Shown in pieces: positions 7,464-14,469 of a stretch of DNA of 42,892 nt. The notes beneath the pieces were generated by a model, which worked only from the letters and a program-made list of their open reading frames with translations, searched no databases and had not been told where the DNA came from. Position 1 is the first letter of the stretch, and every line of letters begins with the position of its first letter. Origin of the DNA: an uncultured Thermodesulfobacteriota bacterium (GTDB taxonomy: Bacteria; Desulfobacterota; B13-G15; RBG-16-54-18). The translations under genes and the position numbers were made by a program. The stretch covers positions 1 to 42,892 of the forward strand of contig CAZMFG010000002.1 in the NCBI GenBank assembly GCA_964565525.1. Reading direction: 5' to 3'.

Positions 7464-8600
7464 TCATCCGTTCTGTCTGGGCATTAAGAGGGACAATAAA
7501 ATATCTTTTACGTCCTCGGTTTTATGTGGACGATACAGTTTGTCGGCCCAGTGTAACCGATTCATCAGCTCTTGACCTACCTCATGTCCTAACAATTGTT
7601 CCTTGTATGTCGAGAAAGAAAAATCTTTGTCCTTGAGCGCATGCATGATTGAGTTGGCTGCCACGTGACCGTACCCTAAGCTAAAGGATATCCCTTCACC
7701 CCACAAGGGATCAATTCCCGCGGCATCACCTACCAAGAGCACCCTGTTGGCTGAAAATATTGATGAGGGATGAAACCACCGTAGCTGACAGCCCTCAACC
7801 TGACTTTGATCTAGTGAAATACCCCGTGTGGCTAAAAACTCCCCAAGGATATTCCTGAGGAGAGGGATTTCCTTCCGAGAGGTGGAGAAACCACCGACGC
7901 CTATGTTCAGCCATGCTTGACCATGGAGTACCACCGGGAAGGACCAGGCATAGCCTCGAATCCCATGCCGGAATGCACACGAGAAGTCTATTTTTGCTTC
8001 CAACCTTCTTTGATCAGAAAGGTTAAAACTGTCGGCGCGCGTCATAAAACGCAGCGTCATACACGTGTTCCTTGGCCCCCGTATCCCTGCGTTTCTGCAC
8101 AGCATTCTGCGTATGATGCTTTGCGCACCATCGGCACCTACTAGGACGCGGGTAGTAAGGCTTCGCTTGGGAGTTTGTACGGCAACTGCTTCATCACGGT
8201 AAGAAAAGGAGGTCACCGGCTCGTTCTGAACAACTGAGATGCCCAGATCCAGTGCCATGTGAACTAACGCCTCATCGAATTCTTCTCGTATTACCGTCCG
8301 TAATCCGCCAATATCAAAGCAATATTCTACATAGTTATCATAATCAAAGACGAAGCACGTTCTTTTAAGCGCTAAGGAGGTTATAGTCATTGTGATGCCA
8401 AGACGCTGTAACCAGTAATCAGCATATACACTAATTCCGCCCCCACAGATCTTCTTTCGGGGGTGGGTTTTCTTCTCCAGGACTATCAGTCGATTTTTCA
8501 TTGGCGGCAGGAGCTTGCTCAGGTGTATGGCCGTCGAGATACCGGCAGGTCCTGAACCCACTACAATGACGTCATATTCAGTCTCTCTTGATCTGCCCAT
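7464..8600 (-). CDS. FAD-dependent oxidoreductase, geranylgeranyl reductase family
   Basis: 378 aa with the FAD motif YDVIVVGSGPAGISTA. The HPRKKICGGGIS and LLVGDAAGIDPLWGEGISFSLGYG segments match the pattern I associate with GGR/ChlP/BchP-type prenyl reductases. Confidence 0.75.
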   Translation of the reverse strand: MGRSRETEYDVIVVGSGPAGISTAIHLSKLLPPMKNRLIVLEKKTHPRKKICGGGISVYADYWLQRLGITMTITSLALKRTCFVFDYDNYVEYCFDIGGLRTVIREEFDEALVHMALDLGISVVQNEPVTSFSYRDEAVAVQTPKRSLTTRVLVGADGAQSIIRRMLCRNAGIRGPRNTCMTLRFMTRADSFNLSDQRRLEAKIDFSCAFRHGIRGYAWSFPVVLHGQAWLNIGVGGFSTSRKEIPLLRNILGEFLATRGISLDQSQVEGCQLRWFHPSSIFSANRVLLVGDAAGIDPLWGEGISFSLGYGHVAANSIMHALKDKDFSFSTYKEQLLGHEVGQELMNRLHWADKLYRPHKTEDVKDILLSLLMPRQNG

Positions 8601-8660
8601 AATTTAGTTCACCGTTTTGAAGATAGACGCTCCAAGAAAATGGGGTGCTTTGTGGCCTTT

Positions 8661-9530
8661 CTAGGCCCTGTATGTTAAAGCGTATTGCAGGCCGATATGC
8701 TGTATGTCCTTTGAGGATATTTCATCTTCGATAAGGGAGAGGTTGACAGAGACAAAAGCAGTCTTGTATGACTGGCTCAGAATATAATTTAAGGTTTGCA
8801 CGTGGCTGTAAGCTAGGCTGAGCCGGCGGTTGTCCAGGAGGCGAATAAATCTGGTAGGGCTTCGCGGATGAAAATAAAATACACGCCCTCCATTACCCTG
8901 AAAGGAGATGTGCAAAAGGTTGCATTCCTTAATTAATTCCTGTGCGGCATCTCGAAGTTTGAGCTTGGCCATGAGTGTAGGACTATCGAGGTCCCGGCGA
9001 TCAAGGCAAGGATATATTTCTACGCCGGTTCTCCCGTCAAAATACAAATCAATCCCAAATACAAATTCCTCATGGACCAGGTAATCGCGGATGCCTTCAA
9101 GGGGAGGGTGTAAAGAGATGACCTGATCTACCTTTTCAGGGTATTCCCTGACCATGAGATAACACTTGACCTTCGAATCACTCATGTCCGCTTTATAATC
9201 CAGACCTACGCCGATCGCTATGACCCTTAATACATCGAGGTCATTGTTGACTATTTGACCCAGAATGTCACGGTTCAACAATACGTTTTTACACCCTGCG
9301 ATCTTGTTCAAGAGATCATATATTGCATGAAGGCCGCTTTGAATATCGCTTTGCTCATACCCAAACCTGAGCCTCGAGGCATGGGTGCCTTCGCAGGAGA
9401 TCTTGACTGAGCATTCCAACAGAGAACAAGGGGTTGTGGATAGTACTTCCTCAAAGAGTCGAAGAAATGAATGCTCTTTTAACCCGAACCCCTTCTTGTG
9501 GAAAGTATACACCTGAATTAATGGATTCAT
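8661..9530 (-). CDS. hypothetical protein with ABBA-fold prenyltransferase-like strand motifs (function is inferred)
   Basis: 289-aa ORF of clear coding quality. It has recurrent short beta-strand-like motifs with aromatic or basic residues: RLRFGYE, VIAIGVGLDY, KVKCYLMV, FVFGIDLYFD, GVEIYPCL, GRVFYFHP, FVSVNLSL and IGLQYAL. These are reminiscent of NphB/CloQ or cyanobactin LynF/TruF/PatF-type prenyltransferases. Its size fits that family, and its neighbour is a prenyl-reductase-family gene. Confidence that it is a real CDS is about 0.85; confidence in the function is about 0.35. Confidence 0.5.
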   Translation of the reverse strand: MNPLIQVYTFHKKGFGLKEHSFLRLFEEVLSTTPCSLLECSVKISCEGTHASRLRFGYEQSDIQSGLHAIYDLLNKIAGCKNVLLNRDILGQIVNNDLDVLRVIAIGVGLDYKADMSDSKVKCYLMVREYPEKVDQVISLHPPLEGIRDYLVHEEFVFGIDLYFDGRTGVEIYPCLDRRDLDSPTLMAKLKLRDAAQELIKECNLLHISFQGNGGRVFYFHPRSPTRFIRLLDNRRLSLAYSHVQTLNYILSQSYKTAFVSVNLSLIEDEISSKDIQHIGLQYALTYRA

Positions 9531-9732
9531 ACGCTGATTATCGTTGCCGTTCGATTATGGTGTTTATGACAGTTGAATTTTTTACCAAGGTCACCATGCT
9601 GTCAATTGCGACGTGTATCATGGAGATAGAGAAATGAAGCCTTCATCTAGTGGTATCTAGAGCACGAGATGAGCGGGTTTGTTGCTGAGTTGATGCGCTT
9701 GTCTATTCCAGGTCTCAACTCACGCAAAAAAA

Positions 9733-9894
9733 TCAGGTAGGAATCACCCGTTGACAAGCGGAACTATAGATCGTACAGTTGTTGACATTTGGACCGCTTC
9801 TGCCCGATGTCTTACACACCTGGAGTACTGCTTCCTCCGGCCTACCCTTAAACAATACTATCAACTTCGGTTTTGTCCAGACTTTGGTCTTCAT
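9733..9894 (-). CDS. RiPP precursor peptide A2, 53 aa: MKTKVWTKPKLIVLFKGRPEEAVLQVCKTSGRSGPNVNNCTIYSSACQRVIPT
   Basis: Translated by hand (ATG = rc of cat at 9892-9894; TGA = rc of tca at 9733-9735). The SD GGAGGG lies 7 nt upstream. It has the same length as A1, the same leader, and Cys at the same positions (27, 40, 47). It was not in the ORF track. Confidence 0.7.
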   Translation of the reverse strand: MKTKVWTKPKLIVLFKGRPEEAVLQVCKTSGRSGPNVNNCTIYSSACQRVIPT

Positions 9895-9981
9895 TTTTAC
9901 GCCCTCCACGTTTTTAACGTTATAAATGCCACAAATGCGCCATCAGAACTCTTATGTATAGCTGCACTGATTAACATATAG

Positions 9982-9990
9982 AGTATATCA
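9982..9990 (-). promoter_or_regulatory. candidate extended -10 promoter element (TGaTATACT) for precursor A2
   Basis: The minus strand reads gatgTGATATACT, identical to the element upstream of A1, and lies about 90 nt upstream of the ATG. Confidence 0.35.
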
Positions 9991-10078
9991 CATCCTCCTC
10001 TCCGACATAAGCAATTCTTTTTCACGGCGCCAAGACTGTTTGAGGTCTCATGGTATCCCTTTTAATCATAACTCCACG

Positions 10079-11221
10079 TTAGAGTTCCAAAGGCAGTAAA
10101 GGGGCTCTCGTTGTCTTAAGGGCTTTAGCCCTCGCGTGGGCAACCTGGCAGAAATAGGTTACCGGTGCATCCAATTCCCCGGTCTCAAGCGAGGCATGGG
10201 CAGGGCACCACATACAGAGGTTGATCAGGGGGCATACTTGACACGTCTCTAGAAAATCGGATCTCTCCGATCGCATAGCCCGTACCTGGGGGACAAAGTT
10301 CCGCCAGGCATCGGTGAGGGTTCCTTGTTTCAGGTCATAGACACAATCGGGGTGCCAGAGGGATGGGCAGAGCCGGAAGAGGCCGTCATAGCTGAGGCTG
10401 AAACTTGCGGTCCCCGCACCGCACCGCACGAGATGGTTCGAGGTAGTATGCGATAGCTGAGGAACGATTAAGGTATCGCACTCTTTTTCCAGGGCCTGAA
10501 ACCGCTCAGGGTCCGATTGCTCCAGGGCCACGATCTCTTCGGGAGAGAGCCTTTCGGCCTTTATCTCCGCATTTCTTGTCGGGTCCCCGTCATATCTCAG
10601 ATGTAAAAAGGGGTCAAAGCGGAAGCAGTCTTTTACTCTCTCTCTGCAGAAGCGGGCAATCGCCAGCTGTTCGTGGAGATTGGTGCGAAGGGCCATGGCC
10701 TTGAGGCGTACGTTAAGGCCGTTTCCGAGGAGTAGATCGAGCCCTCGACGAAAGGCTGCAAAGGAGCCTGCCTTGCGAGTAACCCTCTCATAGGATTCTT
10801 TGCTGACTCCATAGACCGAAACCTCGATATCCCTCGGTGGATATTCCTTGAATAATTTGATATGCGCTTTTGTTATCAATGTGGCATTGGTAAAGACCGA
10901 GATCAGAAGCCCCTTTTTTTTGAGTGAGAGATAGATATCAAAAAAATCCTCTCGCAGGAGGGGTTCACCTCCGGTGATGAGGCACCACAAGGCGCCAAGG
11001 GATACGGCCTCATTTACAATCTCTTTTATATCCTCACATGAGAGTTCCCTTTTTTTGACCTCCTTATCCCCAGCCGGAAGATTGATGTAACAGTGACGAC
11101 AGTGGTTGTTGCACCGGGCGGTGATCTCCAGGTCAAAAGAGATCAGCCCCCTTCTTTTTCTCATCTTTTCCCAGAGGGGGAGATCGTGTAAGTCGGCGGA
11201 TGAAACATAGGATTCACGCAC
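10079..11221 (-). CDS. radical SAM/SPASM-domain peptide-modifying enzyme (rSAM-2)
   Basis: 380 aa with CX3CX2C in EITARCNNHCRHCYINLP and a GGEPLL segment. It has a C-terminal SPASM-like Cys array (RCGAG...LCPS...CVYD...CQVCPLINLCMWCPAH...FCQ). It is a paralogue of rSAM-3, and its start overlaps the peptidase stop by 8 nt. Confidence 0.85.
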   Translation of the reverse strand: MRESYVSSADLHDLPLWEKMRKRRGLISFDLEITARCNNHCRHCYINLPAGDKEVKKRELSCEDIKEIVNEAVSLGALWCLITGGEPLLREDFFDIYLSLKKKGLLISVFTNATLITKAHIKLFKEYPPRDIEVSVYGVSKESYERVTRKAGSFAAFRRGLDLLLGNGLNVRLKAMALRTNLHEQLAIARFCRERVKDCFRFDPFLHLRYDGDPTRNAEIKAERLSPEEIVALEQSDPERFQALEKECDTLIVPQLSHTTSNHLVRCGAGTASFSLSYDGLFRLCPSLWHPDCVYDLKQGTLTDAWRNFVPQVRAMRSERSDFLETCQVCPLINLCMWCPAHASLETGELDAPVTYFCQVAHARAKALKTTRAPLLPLEL

Positions 11222-11774
11222 CGGGCCGCCTCCTTATTATTATGAAGCGGGCAAACCTCCAGATGGGGCCTAGCAAGGGTAAGAGCCTCCAACGGGTCAA
11301 GAAGGCTATGATAAAACGATCTGGGCCGAGGCCGAAAGGGGGCTCCTCCCCGTTTCTCTCTACTTTGATAACACGCCCGAGGATGTTTGCCTTGGCGATA
11401 AACCCATCAGCCTCTGGGATATTATCCCCTTTGGTGAGGTAAGCATCCGCCCTTTTTCCGACTACCCGGTGGATGATGAGCTTGCAGGTACTCGGATGGG
11501 TGAAGACCACCACATCACCGAAACGGGGGTCAGCTCCCTGCACAGGGGCAATAGTGAGGACATCGCCATCCTTGATAAAGGGGGACATGCTAAAACCCTT
11601 GCACCGAAACCTGAAGGACGCCCCCTTGTCAAGCACGCCCCTCATGAGTTCCTCAAGGTGTTGGCTGTAAAGAGATAACTCCTCCCTCTTCTTGACAAAG
11701 AGGGCTGGCTTAACTTGCATGTCAGGTGAGGTGACCATTAAAGCAGGTTTTATATCACTTCTTTGAGGCTTCAA
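11214..11774 (-). CDS. S24/S26-family serine peptidase (signal peptidase I / SipW-like motifs), candidate leader peptidase
   Basis: 186 aa with a KGFSMSPFIKDGDVL box (Ser nucleophile), a KLIIHRVVGK box (His/Lys general base) and a YLTKGDNIPEADG box. The C-terminal segment FIIAFLTRWRLLPLLGPIW is hydrophobic. It overlaps the PqqD gene by 20 nt. Confidence 0.7.
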   Translation of the reverse strand: MKPQRSDIKPALMVTSPDMQVKPALFVKKREELSLYSQHLEELMRGVLDKGASFRFRCKGFSMSPFIKDGDVLTIAPVQGADPRFGDVVVFTHPSTCKLIIHRVVGKRADAYLTKGDNIPEADGFIAKANILGRVIKVERNGEEPPFGLGPDRFIIAFLTRWRLLPLLGPIWRFARFIIIRRRPGA

Positions 11775-12066
11775 CGATCATCTTCCTCTTGAGGAGTTCT
11801 TTTGCAAGGCCGATCACATCCCGCTCGATCTCGCCGTCCGGTGCCTCATACTCCGTAGCGAGTTCCTCAGCCACCGCCTTCAAGCTCTTTGTGCCGTCCA
11901 GTTTTTCCCACATGGCCCTGCCAGTCTCATTTAGGGTAAAGAGTTCGTCCTCCATATCCCCCATGCCGGCAACAAGGGGGACGATGATGAGTTCTCCCTC
12001 AATCTCCCTGCATACCAGGTCCTCCGATGGGACGTAGGCGGCGTCAAATTTGACCTTTGAGTCCAT
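11755..12066 (-). CDS. PqqD-family peptide chaperone (RiPP recognition element protein)
   Basis: 103 aa. The pattern ...VCREIEGELIIVPL...FTLNETGRAMWEKLDGTKSLKAVAEELATEYEAP...ERDVIGLAKELLKRKMI is typical of stand-alone PqqD/RRE proteins. It is flanked by rSAM/SPASM genes. Confidence 0.8.
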   Translation of the reverse strand: MDSKVKFDAAYVPSEDLVCREIEGELIIVPLVAGMGDMEDELFTLNETGRAMWEKLDGTKSLKAVAEELATEYEAPDGEIERDVIGLAKELLKRKMIVEASKK

Positions 12067-13288
12067 TACAGACCTCCTTTGTGTGGCGAGTGAAGTGAGT
12101 TGTGGCGATAAAAATTTGTATCCTTTCTTTCCAGTTCCTTATCTGCCAGGCCTGCTCGCCTTCTTCAAGCAGCCCCAAGACCCGTGCCTGCGCATGGGCG
12201 ACCTCGCAGAGGTAGTCAACCGGTGTGTCCAAGGTCCCGTGCTCCATCCACGACCAGGCCGGGCACTGTTCGCAGAGGCCCTTCAGAAAGCAGTTGGCAC
12301 AGCGGGTGAGGTAATCACGGTTTTTGGCTTTCCTCTGCCTTATTCTTGGAAAGAAATTCGTCATGGCATCTTTGAGTGAGCCTTTTTTTAGATCATAAAC
12401 GGTGTCTGGGTGCCTCAGCAACATGCATGGTTGGAGATAACCGTAGGCATCGACACATCCGCTCCTCACCCCTGCGCCGCAGGAGAAGATGTTTGTCCCC
12501 GATGGCCTGGCAAACATAGAACAGAATTCCCGCATCTCTTTCAGGTATTTCTCTTGCCTCCTGGAAAAGAATGTTATTACATCCTCAGGTGAGGGTCTGA
12601 GCCCCTTGATAAGGATGTTCTTTTTGCTCGAGTCCCGGCGTGCGCGAAGATCGAGTAAAAGGGTATAAGAGGGTGCTGTGTCCATCCAGGGGATGGTGGA
12701 GGCCCACGATTCAAATTCCTCTATTTCTTCTTTGTTAGGTGGGAGAAGCGCACCCGTGACCACAAACGGGACCTGATATTCTAATAACAAATGCGTACCG
12801 CTCCACGCGGCTTCAAAAGAACCCGCGATTCTAGTGATTGCCTCATAGGAGTTCCTCGTCATTCCGTAGAGGGTAATTTCGATAGGCATGAGGGGTGGGG
12901 TGCGCCCAAATACCTTGGCCAGCGTTGGTGTAATCAATGTGGCGTTGGTGCAGATCGTCACCCGCAGGCCGAGCCTGCGGGCAAAGATATAGAGGTCTTC
13001 AAAATCTTCCCTCAAGAGGGGTTCCCCCCCTGTGAACCTTACTGTGAGACAGCCGAGGGAAAGGGCCTCTTGGAGGATCTCCTGTATCTCTCCTGTCGAC
13101 AGTTCCCTTTTTTGGGCATGACGATCGTCCGCAGGGAGATTTATATAACAGTGGATACAGTTGTTGTTGCAGCGTTCGGTGAGCTCCATGTCGAGTGAGT
13201 TAAGAGCAGTGGTATTCCCCTTCCCGACGGAGACCCCATCGTCCTTTATCTTTACTACAATATAAGAATCTTTAATGACCATCCTCAC
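12044..13288 (-). CDS. radical SAM/SPASM-domain peptide-modifying enzyme (rSAM-3)
   Basis: 414 aa with CX3CX2C in ELTERCNNNCIHCYINLP and a GGEPLL segment. It has a SPASM-like array (SCGAG...CVDAYGYLQPC...RCANCFLKGLCEQCPAW...LCE). The start codon is uncertain (GTG at 13288 or ATG at 13282). Confidence 0.85.
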   Translation of the reverse strand: MRMVIKDSYIVVKIKDDGVSVGKGNTTALNSLDMELTERCNNNCIHCYINLPADDRHAQKRELSTGEIQEILQEALSLGCLTVRFTGGEPLLREDFEDLYIFARRLGLRVTICTNATLITPTLAKVFGRTPPLMPIEITLYGMTRNSYEAITRIAGSFEAAWSGTHLLLEYQVPFVVTGALLPPNKEEIEEFESWASTIPWMDTAPSYTLLLDLRARRDSSKKNILIKGLRPSPEDVITFFSRRQEKYLKEMREFCSMFARPSGTNIFSCGAGVRSGCVDAYGYLQPCMLLRHPDTVYDLKKGSLKDAMTNFFPRIRQRKAKNRDYLTRCANCFLKGLCEQCPAWSWMEHGTLDTPVDYLCEVAHAQARVLGLLEEGEQAWQIRNWKERIQIFIATTHFTRHTKEVCNGLKGQI

Positions 13289-13336
13289 GTGTCCTCAACT
13301 GCAGAATCCAAAGGCCAGGACGTGCTGTTCACTCGA

Positions 13337-14317
13337 TCAAAGGTGCCTTAAGAGGTCTGTTACCCCTCCATCTTTATTAAAGTGAAGGGTATAGCAGGGA
13401 ACTTCATGAGCCATCGTATTCATTAATGCAAGCATTTTCTCCCACCACTCGGCTGTAACCAAAGGTTTTATCAGACAAGCCAAGAGGATCTTGATGATAT
13501 CCTGCGTGTGGTCCATATGGATGAGTTGGTTTCCCCGGTCCTGTTTCAGAAAAAGAATGGCCTTCAACGGCGCGGAATCTGCCGAAACATCAGGAATATC
13601 GCCATGACTCCAGGTCCCGTGGATCTTGAAACCCTCCGGCCACCTTCTTACAATCATCCGGTCATCGCACAGAATCTTTGCCTTACCCTGCATCATCATC
13701 ACCATGGTGGATTTGCCCGCATTGGAATGTCCCACGAAAAGGAGTCCTTTGCCGTCAAGCACTACGCCGCTTGCATGGATATAACACCCTCCCCGTTCAG
13801 CCAGAAGTTGGGCGAGGATGACCTGATCAGTTGGAAAGAGGGTGAGGGAAGGGATATTGCCCCTGTGGAAAGGCCTCTCAGTTTTATTATATATCTTGAC
13901 CGTTCTACGGTTCATTATCGCCAGTTGGTGGATATCCCTTTCTTGAACAAGGCGTGGACGCGTGAAACTTCCCCCATTTGTTTTCTTACGAGATCTTGGA
14001 TAGAGGCGGCGCCATAGTCGTTTAATCGGTTCCCATGTGCCCCCCGGGACAACCACGTAGATCCAGCAAGGCCCCTTTCTGTAAATGACCCACGGGGGCC
14101 TCCGATAGACCTCGTCAGCCATATCCAAGCTGGTCAGAGGTGGTAGGGAGAAGTGGTGCCTGATGGTTATGGTATCCTTTCCAGGTCTATCCACTTCAAA
14201 GAGTCTGAACTTGGGGTGGAAGGTCGTATCGGTGATGGGTAAGTCCGATACCATCTTTATAGTGATACCGGCAATGTGATAATAGCGGCGGTCTAAGACC
14301 CGGGGTTTTTCAGTCAT
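13337..14317 (-). CDS. HPr kinase/phosphorylase-related P-loop kinase (HprK C-terminal-domain-like)
   Basis: 326 aa. The segment IHASGVVLDGKGLLFVGHSNAGKSTMV...ILCDDRMIV matches the HprK catalytic-domain pattern (hG..v..kGvLl.G.SG.GKS....L..DD). Confidence 0.7.
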   Translation of the reverse strand: MTEKPRVLDRRYYHIAGITIKMVSDLPITDTTFHPKFRLFEVDRPGKDTITIRHHFSLPPLTSLDMADEVYRRPPWVIYRKGPCWIYVVVPGGTWEPIKRLWRRLYPRSRKKTNGGSFTRPRLVQERDIHQLAIMNRRTVKIYNKTERPFHRGNIPSLTLFPTDQVILAQLLAERGGCYIHASGVVLDGKGLLFVGHSNAGKSTMVMMMQGKAKILCDDRMIVRRWPEGFKIHGTWSHGDIPDVSADSAPLKAILFLKQDRGNQLIHMDHTQDIIKILLACLIKPLVTAEWWEKMLALMNTMAHEVPCYTLHFNKDGGVTDLLRHL

Positions 14318-14469
14318 CCCTTAATTTTTAGCGGAAGCTTGTAGTTAATGTCTTAAAAATTATGTACTTTTTTGCCATGTTAGCACCTAACGTACCTGAC
14401 CGCAAGGCGCGAAGGATTCAACCAACGCTAGCTGGTTTCCAGCTTCCATAGCCTTCTCGGAAAGCTTGA

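Larger units (their letters stand above)
9675..10027 (-). repeat. precursor cassette copy 2, paralogous to 6984-7340
   Basis: See copy 1. It has the same orientation, and the two copies bracket the reductase and ABBA-like genes. Confidence 0.7.

Noticed and set aside
14318-14469. A possible third small peptide gene in the 152-nt gap between the nucleotidyltransferase and HprK-like genes (minus-strand mini-ORFs MEAGNQLALVESFAPCGQVR and MAKKYIIFKTLTTSFR)
   Set aside because: They show no similarity to the A1/A2 leader. They lack a convincing SD at proper spacing and are very short (20 and 16 aa). I cannot support them from sequence alone.
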